36,189 nt of DNA from a virus (Duplodnaviria > Caudoviricetes). Below are positions 26,902-36,093 of the stretch, piece after piece. The notes beneath the pieces are model-generated. The model did no database searches, was not told the DNA's origin, and saw only the letters and a list, made by a program, of their open reading frames with translations. The stretch spans positions 1 to 36,189 of the IMG/VR virus record IMGVR_UViG_3300005077_000086. One strand, 5' to 3'. Position numbers and translations under genes: made by a program. The first letter of the stretch is position 1; each line of letters begins with the position of its first letter.

Positions 26902-27138
26902 ATGGTCGTAATGCTGAAAACACCACAACAAAAACAAATTCATCTGAGAGGAGAACGGAACATCAGTATGACACACAAGAAAATACCATCATGGTGTAGT
27001 GCCTGCACTCGCCTGTATTATGACGGACAAACAGCACTCTGCCTGGAATCAGGCGAGGACGTACCATGGGACAGGATGGATTGTCCTATATGGGATTATT
27101 TAGAAGAGGAGTTCGGAGATGAGCCGGTTGACTATTGA
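26902..27138 (+). CDS. hypothetical Cys-containing protein
   Basis: GGAGG RBS; CSAC…C…C possible zinc ligands. Confidence 0.5.
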   Translation: MVVMLKTPQQKQIHLRGERNISMTHKKIPSWCSACTRLYYDGQTALCLESGEDVPWDRMDCPIWDYLEEEFGDEPVDY

Positions 27139-27364
27139 TGATCTGAAAGCTATGGAGCCGGGTGAAATATTTGCCAAAGGATATGACAACCGACAGCTAT
27201 GGGTAGCCGTCCGGGGGAATCACTGGGACTGGGCCATATACGCCAGTGATGAAGATATGTCGTGGGATGACATATCACGCCGGGGAGAAAAAATATACAA
27301 CGAATCGGCAATACGTTCTCTTGTTCCCTGCTCGGAAGAAGCATGGAAAAAGTACAGACAATAA
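27119..27364 (+). CDS. hypothetical phage protein
   Basis: 81 aa; GAGGAG RBS; WVAVRG…DWAIY…GEKI pattern. Confidence 0.6.
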   Translation: MSRLTIDDLKAMEPGEIFAKGYDNRQLWVAVRGNHWDWAIYASDEDMSWDDISRRGEKIYNESAIRSLVPCSEEAWKKYRQ

Positions 27365-27454
27365 AATGCCCGCTCTGCCGGTCGGTACTGGTGAGAAATG
27401 AGATAAAGAAATGTATTTTATATAGCTGTCCGAAGTGCAGTTATATCGAGAGGT

Positions 27455-28243
27455 ATGAACATGAGTGACAACAACATAAAACTATCTAATATTTTTTCCG
27501 ATGGGTACGGTATCATCCCCAAAAAACTTATGCAGTCAAAAAATATCAGCATCTATGAAAAGTGTATTCTTGCATATATGCTGAGTTTCACTGGGGCCGG
27601 GGATACCTGTTTTCCATCTTACAAAAGAATATCTGAAGACCTTAAAATAAGCGAGCCAACCATATCAAAGGCTCTCAAGAAACTATTGGGCCTCGGATAT
27701 ATCTCGATAAGCAAAAGATTCAAAGACAGCTTAAAAACCAATAACGAGTACAAACTATTATTTCTCGGAGACTCATCGGTACTTAACGATGTTAAGTCAG
27801 GTACTAAACCAGATTTAGTTACCGTACTTAACGACGTTAAGTGTAATAATAACAGTATTAATAATAACAATAATAATAACATAGTCAATTCCCCCGAAAA
27901 ATTGGAAGAGGGAATTGTAACACCCCCGGCAAAAAAGAAAGCCGGGGTTGTTACTAATGACGAATATACTAAAATAGCCGTCCAGTTTCACAAGCTCCTG
28001 TACGAATTATCGCCCGAAAAGCACCCCAGTAATCCCAGCAAATCAGTGATAAATAAAACCAGGGGATGCTTCTACACCATGGTAAACAAAGAAAGTTATG
28101 GAGATATGGCAAAACTGAAAACTGTGCTCAGATATGCTTTTTCTTCTATGTATTGGCAGCCACGGATTAAGAACGCCTGGAACTTTAAACACTTCTGGCC
28201 TGAAATCGTGGAGAGTATGGAACGTGAAGAGTCTGAAATATGA
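27455..28243 (+). CDS. replication initiator / replisome organiser (N-terminal winged HTH)
   Basis: GYGIIPK…CFPSYKRISEDLKISEPTISKALKKLLGLGYI; internal iterons and Asn run; upstream of the primase-helicase. Confidence 0.8.
   Translation: MNMSDNNIKLSNIFSDGYGIIPKKLMQSKNISIYEKCILAYMLSFTGAGDTCFPSYKRISEDLKISEPTISKALKKLLGLGYISISKRFKDSLKTNNEYKLLFLGDSSVLNDVKSGTKPDLVTVLNDVKCNNNSINNNNNNNIVNSPEKLEEGIVTPPAKKKAGVVTNDEYTKIAVQFHKLLYELSPEKHPSNPSKSVINKTRGCFYTMVNKESYGDMAKLKTVLRYAFSSMYWQPRIKNAWNFKHFWPEIVESMEREESEI
27779..27880. repeat. putative replication origin: three palindromic 19-bp iterons plus AT-rich tract
   Basis: GTACTTAACGATGTTAAGT (27779), GTACTAAACCAGATTTAGT (27801), GTACTTAACGACGTTAAGT (27824), then an (AAT/AAC)n tract. 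Confidence 0.7.
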
Positions 28244-28425
28244 ATAGAAAATGGAAATGTAAATACTGCGGAGAGACCCATCTTTCTAAGATGAGCAGCC
28301 GCACCATTTGTCACAAGTGCCACAATGAAAAATACAAAAAGACAGATTATAGCCGTGAGTACATGGCTTTTAGAAGATGGCTGAACGGCGGCCCGGATAA
28401 TTTTTTACTGGGGCCAAAAATATGA
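28240..28425 (+). CDS. small zinc-finger protein
   Basis: CKYC…CHKC; ATGA overlaps with both neighbours. Confidence 0.6.
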   Translation: MNRKWKCKYCGETHLSKMSSRTICHKCHNEKYKKTDYSREYMAFRRWLNGGPDNFLLGPKI

Positions 28426-30098
28426 TTAAAAATTACCTGAGAGGAAAAGTGGCGTTCAAGGAAGTGCGAAGACCTTCTGGACTCCAGGCGATATTCCCCT
28501 GCCCGAAGTGCGGCGATAAAGACTTTGCCGTCAGCCTTGAAACTGGAGCCTATAAATGTTTCAGCGAGAATAAGTGCGGAATCAAGGGAAGCTATAACCA
28601 GTTGAGGGAATTATTCGGCGATACGCCTGAAAAGAAAAAAGATTATTTTCTACCTCAACCGAAGAAGCAATATAAAAAACCGGAGGAAAAACAAACTGAC
28701 CTGAATGATGCAGCTTTACAGTATTTGAAAAACAGGGGTGTTAATCGAGACACTGCTGCAAAATTCAGGCTCAGTTCCTCCGGTGATACTCTTATAATGC
28801 CGTCGTACAGGGACGGTAAACTTGTCACTGTTAAATACAGATCGATCAAAGAAAAGAAATTCTGGAATGAACCAGAAACAGAACCAATTCTTTTCGGCAT
28901 GGATACCATTTTACCATCAGAAAAACTTTTAATCGTTGAGGGTCACTTCGATGCTATGGCAATGGACGTGTACGGAACACCGGCTGTATCAGTGCCGAAC
29001 GGCGTGTCTGATACCCAGTGGATAGAACTCTGTTGGGACTGGCTGGATAAGTTCGAGAAAATATATCTCTGCTTTGATAATGACCCTGCCGGACAAAGCG
29101 CCATACTGGACATCGCAACACGCCTCGGTAGACACAGGTGTTACAGTGTTATTTTGCCATTCAAAGACGCGAATGATTGTCTTATGGCAGATGTATCTCA
29201 CGAAGAAATTTTACAGGCATTTAATACGGCACATGAATTTACTCACGAGAATATTGTTCCGGCTGATTATTTTGCAGATGAAATACTGAAATCATACAAT
29301 GACAGAGAAAAGAATATCGGAGTGCCGACATCATTCTCCGGCCTGAATAAGATTATCAAAGGCTGGAGGTCTGGAGAGTTCACAGTCTGGACTGGCAACA
29401 ACGGAGCAGGAAAGACAACCGCAATAAACATTGAGGCATTGAACCTGTTTAAAACAGATCATCGGTGTTGTATAGCATCACTTGAGATGCCGCCAGTCAG
29501 GTATCTTCGCTGGATGATACTGCAAAACTATGGTCATTATCCTTCAGAAGCTAAAATTGCCGAGTTCATGGCACGGTATGGAGATAAGCTATATATATTT
29601 AACAGCACAAGATCAATTACACCAGATATTTTATTTGATGCCTTTTCTTTCGCTGCGAGGAAATATAATGTAAAATACTTTTTTCTTGATTCACTGATGA
29701 AAATCAAATTTGGAAAAGAGGAATACAAGGAGCAGAAAGAATTCTGTGCTGATATAAAAGGATTCTGTGAGGAACACCGCTGTCATTTCCACATGGTCGC
29801 ACACCCGCGCAAGGGACAGGCAGATACCAGAGACCCGGATAAAATGGATGTCGCCGGTTCAGGTCATATCACCGACCTTGCAGATAATGTTGTCGCCCTC
29901 TGGAGGGCAGACCAGTCAACATTTGAAAAGCAGGGATTTAATACAAAATTGACCGTAAAGAAAAACCGTGAGTACGGGATCGAGGGAAGTGTTTTCTTCA
30001 CGTTTGATGAAACAAACAAGCAATTAACTGAGATTGAAAATTTTCAATGGAAAAAGACCACAAGGAAAGTTTCAAATCCAGAATATTTTCAGGACTAA
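28422..30098 (+). CDS. DNA primase-helicase (T7 gp4/Twinkle-like)
   Basis: Zn finger CPKC, TOPRIM VEGHFDA…FDNDPAG…KDAND, Walker A GNNGAGKT, FLDSL, VAHPRK, VKKNR. Confidence 0.92.
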   Translation: MIKNYLRGKVAFKEVRRPSGLQAIFPCPKCGDKDFAVSLETGAYKCFSENKCGIKGSYNQLRELFGDTPEKKKDYFLPQPKKQYKKPEEKQTDLNDAALQYLKNRGVNRDTAAKFRLSSSGDTLIMPSYRDGKLVTVKYRSIKEKKFWNEPETEPILFGMDTILPSEKLLIVEGHFDAMAMDVYGTPAVSVPNGVSDTQWIELCWDWLDKFEKIYLCFDNDPAGQSAILDIATRLGRHRCYSVILPFKDANDCLMADVSHEEILQAFNTAHEFTHENIVPADYFADEILKSYNDREKNIGVPTSFSGLNKIIKGWRSGEFTVWTGNNGAGKTTAINIEALNLFKTDHRCCIASLEMPPVRYLRWMILQNYGHYPSEAKIAEFMARYGDKLYIFNSTRSITPDILFDAFSFAARKYNVKYFFLDSLMKIKFGKEEYKEQKEFCADIKGFCEEHRCHFHMVAHPRKGQADTRDPDKMDVAGSGHITDLADNVVALWRADQSTFEKQGFNTKLTVKKNREYGIEGSVFFTFDETNKQLTEIENFQWKKTTRKVSNPEYFQD

Positions 30099-30120
30099 AT
30101 AAAATTATAGGAGGTTCCCG

Positions 30121-30387
30121 ATGGGAATTGAACAGGACATTAAAACAATTATCACACTGCTGGAGTCTATCGCAGGAAAAAAGGCAGCAGCACAGATAGA
30201 GACAGCGTTCAGCGGAGCTGGTATCCCGGCAGCCACAACCGATTTCGCAACGATCAAATCAACAATACCGTCTTTGTCTAAAGACCAGATAAATCAATGG
30301 TCTGTGATGTGTATTGAAAAAGCAGTCAGCGACAAGCAAAAGGGAGCAATAGCTAAAATATTTAAAACAGCCCTGGGGGGACAATGA
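30121..30387 (+). CDS. hypothetical protein
   Basis: 88 aa; AGGAGG RBS. Confidence 0.6.
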   Translation: MGIEQDIKTIITLLESIAGKKAAAQIETAFSGAGIPAATTDFATIKSTIPSLSKDQINQWSVMCIEKAVSDKQKGAIAKIFKTALGGQ

Positions 30388-31317
30388 AAATAACAAACAA
30401 TTACAATCTCCCTCAGAGTATTGTTAATGCAATAAGTTTCGATGAGCGCGTCCCGAAAGAAAATTATATATCAGTCACCAGACTAATAGATTCTCCACTC
30501 ATCCACCAGCTTATGAAAGAACATTGGGACGACATCAAGCAGGATGCGTCAAGTATGCTATGGTCACTGCTCGGTAAGGCCGTACATTATGTACTCGATA
30601 ATTTTATGTATGAAATAAAAGAATATGAGGCATCAGATGAAGATATTATCAAGATTGAAAATATTTTATCTAAAGCATCGCAACAAATACTGGACTGAGC
30701 GCAGATTTAATCATGAAGTAGACGGATGGATTGTTAGCGGTCAGCCGGATTTATACAATGATGGTGTTATTGAAGATTACAAGGTAACATCATACTGGGT
30801 GTTTCTAAACGGCGTCAAGCCTGAATGGGAACGTCAGCTAAACGTCTACGCCTGGGGTACACGCAAGGACGGATACGATGTCACCGGGCTTAAGATTCAC
30901 GCAATACTGAGAGACTGGCAGCAGGGTAAAATTTATGAATCAGGTTATCCGTCAATACCGTTCGTGACGTATGATGTTCCGCTCTGGACATTTGAGGAAC
31001 AGGAAGCGTATGTTCGCGAACGAGTCAGGATACACAAAGAACCTGCCGGACAATGCACTTCCGAAGAGCGATGGGCACGGGCTGATACATGGGCTGTCAA
31101 AAAACTTGGACGTAAATCGGCAATAAGGGTATTCGATAGTCAGTCAGAAGCAATGACGTATTTCAATAAAACATTCAGAGTACCGTCAGAAATGAATAAT
31201 CATTATATTAAAAAACGTCCAGGCAAAAACGCAAGGTGCGAAGGTTATTGTCAGGTGTCAGAATTTTGTCCGTATTACAAAAAGGAGACTGTTGATGAAA
31301 TTGAACCTGGTATTTAA
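30384..31317 (+). pseudogene. Cas4-like PD-(D/E)XK exonuclease split by a +1 frameshift
   Basis: ORF 30384-30698 carries ISVTRL…LGKAVH; ORF 30625-31317 carries ERRF…SGQPD…EDYK…QLNVY…C…YCQVSEFC; removing one base near 30671-30675 joins them. Confidence 0.7.
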
Positions 31318-31729
31318 AGAGATCGTGCTGGAAGATGTTGGATTGAAATCGTTTTTTCCGGTTTATCCCTCTGACATTGATAAGACTGCAAAAATGCAGC
31401 CAGGTGAGATCAGACTGCTGGAGATTAAAAATCCAAGAAACCTGAAACATCATAACAAGTTTATGGCAATGATACGCATGACTGTTGATAATTCTGATGA
31501 CTGGAGAAACGAGGAACATCTTTTGTTTTATATTAAAACATTACTCGGATATGGCGAGTATGTAAAGTTTAAAACAAACATGGTTTTTATTCCTTCATCA
31601 ATCAGTTTTGAGTCAATGGAGCAGCAGGATTTTGAAGAAAAAATTTATAATCCCGGTATAAAAATACTCGCTGATATTCTCGGTATAACACCGTTGGATA
31701 TTGAATCGAATTACGACAGGTATTTGTAA
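31292..31729 (+). CDS. DUF1367/NinB-like recombination-associated protein
   Basis: PRNLKHHNKFMAM…PSSISFESMEQQDFE motifs. Confidence 0.7.
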   Translation: MMKLNLVFKEIVLEDVGLKSFFPVYPSDIDKTAKMQPGEIRLLEIKNPRNLKHHNKFMAMIRMTVDNSDDWRNEEHLLFYIKTLLGYGEYVKFKTNMVFIPSSISFESMEQQDFEEKIYNPGIKILADILGITPLDIESNYDRYL

Positions 31730-31755
31730 GTACTGGAATTATCAGGAGTTATGAG

Positions 31756-32004
31756 ATGAATATATATTTAGTGGCAGGGGCAGAAGTTGATGTTGACGGC
31801 TACAGACCGGGACGGCCAGCGCCGGTTTGCAGCAATCCGTCAAGCCCTGCATATAGTGATCCAGGTGATAATCCTGAGTTCGATGATTATAAATTAACAG
31901 TGTCAATTGAAGGGCATACAATTGATATTACTGATAAAATAACCGAAGAACTCGATAAAAAAATTACTGAAATAATTTTTCAAAAAGGAGAAGAAGAATG
32001 CTAA
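31756..32004 (+). CDS. hypothetical acidic protein
   Basis: 82 aa; AGGAG upstream; PAYSDPGDNPEF motif. Confidence 0.55.
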   Translation: MNIYLVAGAEVDVDGYRPGRPAPVCSNPSSPAYSDPGDNPEFDDYKLTVSIEGHTIDITDKITEELDKKITEIIFQKGEEEC

Positions 32005-32978
32005 TACCAAAACAAATTATTATAGAAAATACAACAGCCTGTAATCTCAAGTGCCGATATTGTCCCGGACTTGGAACCGAATCAATACACATGGATTTTG
32101 ATTATTTTAAAAGTATAATTGACAGAGTAAATTTTGATACTACAATAGTTCCATGGTGCAATGGAGAACCGTTGCTTCATCCGCATTATCCTGAAATGCT
32201 TGAGTGCATTGAAGGAAAAAAATTACGATATTATATCACAACAAACGGTATGCTGTTTAGACGTGAAGTGTTTGATATTCTGACCAGAAAAAATTCATCA
32301 TGTTATCAGGTTATTTTTTCTCTTGATGGACTCCCCGGTTCAAACAGTGTTAATCTTGCCCGTTCCGGCACCGACATTCATAAAGTTTTTAATACAATTA
32401 TATCTGTTATTGAACTCAAAAAAATCAATAACGCGAAACTTGATATTGCCGTGAAAATATGTAGGCGGGGACAGGACTATCAGGAAATTGAAGAGTACGT
32501 TTCTTATTGGCTCAAGAAAGGTGTCGATTTTGTTATTGTCGGTGACGCATTAATTGAAGATAAAAACCCGAAAGGTTTTAGAAGGTATCCCTGTCAATAT
32601 AGTGATAATAACTTTATGGTCATTAAGGTAGATGGAAGATTAGTACGATGCGCGTATAATGATGCAGCCACTAATGATCCAAAATATTCATTCGGTATTG
32701 TTGATAAAAAGACTGACCTTTTGAAACTGTATAACGGAAAGAAGATAACAGAGTTCAGAGAGCAGCAGAACAATGGTAAATTTCCAGAGCCGTGTGATAC
32801 TTGTGGAATAAGCTATACCGGAACTGGATTCCGCGGCGAGATACAATTTAGAAACCCTGATCTTCTTCAGCATAAAATATATTATCAGAAAGATTATTAT
32901 AATTCATTTTTTTCTCTAAAAAGAAAATGGAAAAAACCAGAGTATTACAAACCGGGATTCAGTGAAAAAATCACATGA
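31998..32978 (+). CDS. radical SAM protein with SPASM/twitch domain
   Basis: CNLKCRYC (CX3CX2C), GEPLLHP, TTNG, SLDG; C-terminal C…DG…C…CDTC. Confidence 0.88.
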   Translation: MLIPKQIIIENTTACNLKCRYCPGLGTESIHMDFDYFKSIIDRVNFDTTIVPWCNGEPLLHPHYPEMLECIEGKKLRYYITTNGMLFRREVFDILTRKNSSCYQVIFSLDGLPGSNSVNLARSGTDIHKVFNTIISVIELKKINNAKLDIAVKICRRGQDYQEIEEYVSYWLKKGVDFVIVGDALIEDKNPKGFRRYPCQYSDNNFMVIKVDGRLVRCAYNDAATNDPKYSFGIVDKKTDLLKLYNGKKITEFREQQNNGKFPEPCDTCGISYTGTGFRGEIQFRNPDLLQHKIYYQKDYYNSFFSLKRKWKKPEYYKPGFSEKIT

Positions 32979-33139
32979 GGAGGTCTCCCTGCTGTCAGGC
33001 ATGGTATTACGAAAAATGGCATGGGAATGTTTTATACGAACACTGTGGAAGGTGTTTTAAAATAATAAATAAAATTGGGAGAATAATTCGGTATGATAAA
33101 ATTAATAAAAAAATTCTGGAAATGGAGGACAGGCAATGA
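32975..33139 (+). CDS. 54-aa Cys-rich hypothetical protein (absent from the ORF track)
   Basis: MRRSPCCQAWYYEKWHGNVLYEHCGRCFK…; ATGA overlap with the radical SAM stop. Confidence 0.4.
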   Translation: MRRSPCCQAWYYEKWHGNVLYEHCGRCFKIINKIGRIIRYDKINKKILEMEDRQ

Positions 33140-33247
33140 GGAGCTTAAAAAGAGAATCGAATTCTGGAAAAATTTCAAAAAGATTTAAAGACTGGTTTAA
33201 TAGAGACATCGAACTTGAACTACATAAACGCTACTGGATAATGAAAT

Positions 33248-33529
33248 ATGGCAAAGAAAATAACAGAAGAAACAAGGATTAAACGTGAAATCAAAGAATA
33301 CTTGTCTGCCATGGGATGGTTTCACTTTCCGATTACTCAGGGTCTCGGAAGTTATCACGGTATTCCTGATATTATTGCTTGTAAAAACGGACAGGTTTTG
33401 TTCATCGAAGTCAAAACTGCTAAAGGCCGGCTGTCTGATTATCAAAAAATTTTTCAGCAGAACATTGAGGAGCATGGAGGATGCTATGTCGTTGCAAGAG
33501 GATATAAAAGCCTGGAACCATTTATGTGA
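33248..33529 (+). CDS. VRR-NUC domain nuclease (resolvase-like)
   Basis: GIPDIIA…LFIEVKTAKGRLSDYQ PD-(D/E)XK signature. Confidence 0.85.
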   Translation: MAKKITEETRIKREIKEYLSAMGWFHFPITQGLGSYHGIPDIIACKNGQVLFIEVKTAKGRLSDYQKIFQQNIEEHGGCYVVARGYKSLEPFM

Positions 33530-33770
33530 AATATGCCACAACCGGCAGGCAACGCAAAGACATCATAAATTTTCACAAACAAAACAGAATAGGAAAAAAT
33601 ATGGAAAATTGCTGGATGAAAGATTTAATATTTTATATGTATGTGCTGACTGCCATAGTAGTCATGCTAAAATTACTGACGAACATAGATTGACCGAACA
33701 GCAGTTTATTAATTTGGTGCGTAAATTAACTGAACAGGGTAACGGAAGTTTGCGAAGCAAATTTACGTGA
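33486..33770 (+). CDS. HNH-like zinc-binding endonuclease; C-terminus reads into the first att-like hairpin
   Basis: ATG 33486 after GGAGG; CEIC…HH…N…CADCH. Confidence 0.65.
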   Translation: MSLQEDIKAWNHLCEICHNRQATQRHHKFSQTKQNRKKYGKLLDERFNILYVCADCHSSHAKITDEHRLTEQQFINLVRKLTEQGNGSLRSKFT

Positions 33771-33801
33771 GCGATAGCGAACCCGTTACCCGTTGTTAAG
33801 T
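33723..33801. mobile_element. attC-like hairpin (site A, first of the array)
   Basis: TTAAC…GGGTAACGG/CCGTTACCC…GTTAAGT with internal TTTGC-GAA-GCAAA mini-hairpin. Confidence 0.75.
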
Positions 33802-33835
33802 GATGTAATTTTGCGATATTAACAGGAGGATTATT

Positions 33836-34054
33836 ATGATGACACAAAGCGGGCCGGTATGCGATATTTGCGGTAAATATATTTTACCGATAGGCGATGA
33901 ACGGGTACATGGCTTCAGGATTAAAGGCATTGACGCTGATATGGTTTGTGACAACGGATGTAAAATAATATTAGATAAAGCAATAGAAATTCAGGACTGG
34001 AAAGTATTACCGGAAGGCCCGCTTCGTAAGGCTTTTTCGGATGCAACGAGTTGA
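33836..34054 (+). CDS. small zinc-binding hypothetical protein, cassette cargo
   Basis: AGGAGG RBS; CDIC…CDNGC; bracketed by GTTAAGTGATGTAATTTTGC(33795)/GCAAAATTATTTCACTTAAC(34055-34074), 18/20 complementary. Confidence 0.65.
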   Translation: MMTQSGPVCDICGKYILPIGDERVHGFRIKGIDADMVCDNGCKIILDKAIEIQDWKVLPEGPLRKAFSDATS

Positions 34055-34067
34055 GCAAAATTATTTC

Positions 34068-34195
34068 ACTTAACAGATACGGCATAGACGAAGGAGGATA
34101 GAATGGAAATATGTAAATCACACATGGAATGTTTTACAAAGATATGTAGTTTATGTAAGGATTATGAGCCTCTATCGTCTTATGCCGTGTTAGGT
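34068..34195. mobile_element. attC-like hairpin (site B) containing the RBS and start codon of the next ORF
   Basis: ACTTAAC…ACGGCATAGACGA(34079-34091)/TCGTCtTATGCCGT(34175-34188)-GTTAGGT; AGGAGG at 34092, ATG at 34103. Confidence 0.8.
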
Positions 34196-34453
34196 GATGC
34201 GGCGGAGCTACAAGAGGAGTTGGCCGCCTTTACACATAGCCAATGGTCTGGATGGATGATGTATTTATTTAGCAAATGCAAGAGCACGACTGACGGCAAA
34301 GATAATGTCAGTATGATTATTCCGAAATGGGCAGTAGATAGGTGGAGGCGACAAATGAATACTGAATATAAAGACTTACCAGAGGAAGAAAAGGAAAGCA
34401 ACAAACAAGAGGCGGCCAAGATGATGCAAATAATTATCAGCCGTTTCGCCTAA
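34103..34453 (+). CDS. hypothetical phage protein (RyR-repeat-like motif), cassette cargo
   Basis: LAAFTHSQWSGWM…RWRRQMNTEYKDLPEEEKES; stop codon is the TAA of the next TAAC. Confidence 0.6.
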   Translation: MEICKSHMECFTKICSLCKDYEPLSSYAVLGDAAELQEELAAFTHSQWSGWMMYLFSKCKSTTDGKDNVSMIIPKWAVDRWRRQMNTEYKDLPEEEKESNKQEAAKMMQIIISRFA

Positions 34454-34515
34454 CATGCAGAGCTAAACGACGTGGCGAAGCCATGTAGCGAAGCGGCGTT
34501 TAGCGAGTGTTAAGT
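34448..34515. mobile_element. attC-like hairpin (site C)
   Basis: GCCTAAC…GCTAAACG/CGTTTAGC…GTTAAGT with two GC-GAA-GC mini-hairpins. Confidence 0.8.
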
Positions 34516-34550
34516 GAAGTTGCCGACATGACAGCAACAAGGGAGTGAAT

Positions 34551-35128
34551 ATGAAATAACTGCGGTTGAAATTGATGAAAATATAGCAAATATTTATAAA
34601 TATTTTTACCCAACTGACACGGTAGTTGTTGACGATGCCCACGAGTATTTATTAAATAATTTTAAGGGATTTGACTTTATATGGAGTTCTCCACCGTGTC
34701 CAAGCCATAGCAGGGCAAGTCTTTCCCTTGCTGGTCATAATGTTTATAGATTCCCAGATATGAAATTATATGAAGAGATAATATTTTTGAAACAGTTTTT
34801 TAAAGGGAAATATGTTATTGAAAATGTGATACCATATTATGATGTATTAGTTCATCCGACAATTGAGATAGATAGACACTTGTTTTGGAGTAACTTTGAT
34901 ATTACATATATTGATGTCAAAAGGCATTACAATGTAAATAGAGCAACAAAGGAAATGCTGTCAGAACATCACGGTATAGTATTGCCTGAGTCTGCAAAGG
35001 ATAAGAGGAAGTTATTAAGGAATTGCGTTACGCCATCTGTAGGATTGCATATATTGAATTGTGCAAATAATATCTTTAGCGAGGCACGGATGCCGAGCCT
35101 ATTTGAAAAGGTCGGCAATTTCATATAA
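34551..35128 (+). pseudogene. C5-cytosine DNA methyltransferase lacking its N-terminal motif I, cassette cargo
   Basis: Frame from 34553: EITAVEID…DFIWSSPPCPSHS…YVIENV…LRNCV (motifs II, IV, VI, X); ATG 34551 reads ATG-AAA-TAA; no in-frame start or FxGxG-type motif upstream. Confidence 0.75.
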
Positions 35129-35178
35129 CATTCATAGGTGCGCGATGCGCGCAGCGTTTCGCGTACCGAGTGTTATAT
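35123..35178. mobile_element. attC-like hairpin (site D)
   Basis: ATATAAC…GGTGCGCGA/TCGCGTACC-GAGT-GTTATAT. Confidence 0.8.
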
Positions 35179-35244
35179 GCTGTGCCGGGATTGATAGAAT
35201 AAAGGCGGTGGAGGCCACGGATGTACGGAGCCGAATGAAATAGG

Positions 35245-36093
35245 ATGAAGCTAATTAGAGTGTTTCCACGAAAGACAAACGCAACGCCTGACGACGAAGG
35301 TGTGCGGTTTACCGAGCCGGGATTATTTGACGAGGCCGACGAAGTGCGTGTATCCGTTACATGGACATGGGACAAGCAGAGAGGGGAAGAACTGGCCGGG
35401 GCGTGGAGAGCCGTTACAGATAAGATTATGATCGGTGGCCCTGCTTATGATGATCCGGGCGGTGAATTTGAGCCGGGAATGTATGTCAAAAAAGGGTATG
35501 TTATGACGAGCCGTGGCTGCCCGAATAAGTGCTGGTTCTGTTCTGTTCCGAAGCGCGAAGGGAACATTAGGGAGCTTGAAATAAAAGACGGGTATAATAT
35601 TCTTGATAGTAATTTGCTGGCCTGTTCGCCTGATCATATCACGGGTGTGTTTAATATGTTGAAGCGACAGAAAGATAAGCCAAGGTTCACCGGAGGACTT
35701 GAAGCGGCACGGATGAAGCCGTGGATTGCCGATCAGTTAAGGGAGTTGAAGCCGCACGTTGCATATTTTGCGTATGACACACCGGACGATTACGAACCGC
35801 TTGTTGATGCGGTTAAAATGTTACGGGATGCAGGGGCTATGTATGATCGGGTTTATTCGTGCTATGTTCTGATAGGATATGGGGGTGACACGATAGAGAA
35901 GGCCGAAAAACGACTACAACAGGTTTTAACGCTGGATGTCATGCCGATGGCTATGCTATTCAATAAGGCCGATGGCAGGGAAGATCGTAGTAAATGGATT
36001 AAATTTCAGCGTGAGTATGCTAACCGGATTATTGTTGGTTCTAAATTAACCGCCGCCAGGACGGCGGCGCATAAGGGCGCGAATTGCATATAA
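35245..36093 (+). CDS. radical SAM protein, cassette cargo
   Basis: TSRGCPNKCWFCSVP (CX3CX2C), LDSNLLA, CYVLIGY; stop codon is the TAA of the next TAAC. Confidence 0.85.
   Translation: MKLIRVFPRKTNATPDDEGVRFTEPGLFDEADEVRVSVTWTWDKQRGEELAGAWRAVTDKIMIGGPAYDDPGGEFEPGMYVKKGYVMTSRGCPNKCWFCSVPKREGNIRELEIKDGYNILDSNLLACSPDHITGVFNMLKRQKDKPRFTGGLEAARMKPWIADQLRELKPHVAYFAYDTPDDYEPLVDAVKMLRDAGAMYDRVYSCYVLIGYGGDTIEKAEKRLQQVLTLDVMPMAMLFNKADGREDRSKWIKFQREYANRIIVGSKLTAARTAAHKGANCI

Noticed and set aside
33285-33485. N-terminal 67 aa of the 161-aa ORF
   Set aside because: Overlaps the VRR-NUC gene in another frame; the likely start is ATG 33486 with GGAGG.
35061-35375. Short ORFs on both strands across site D
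   Set aside because: They overlap the MTase and radical SAM genes and arise from the GC-rich palindrome.
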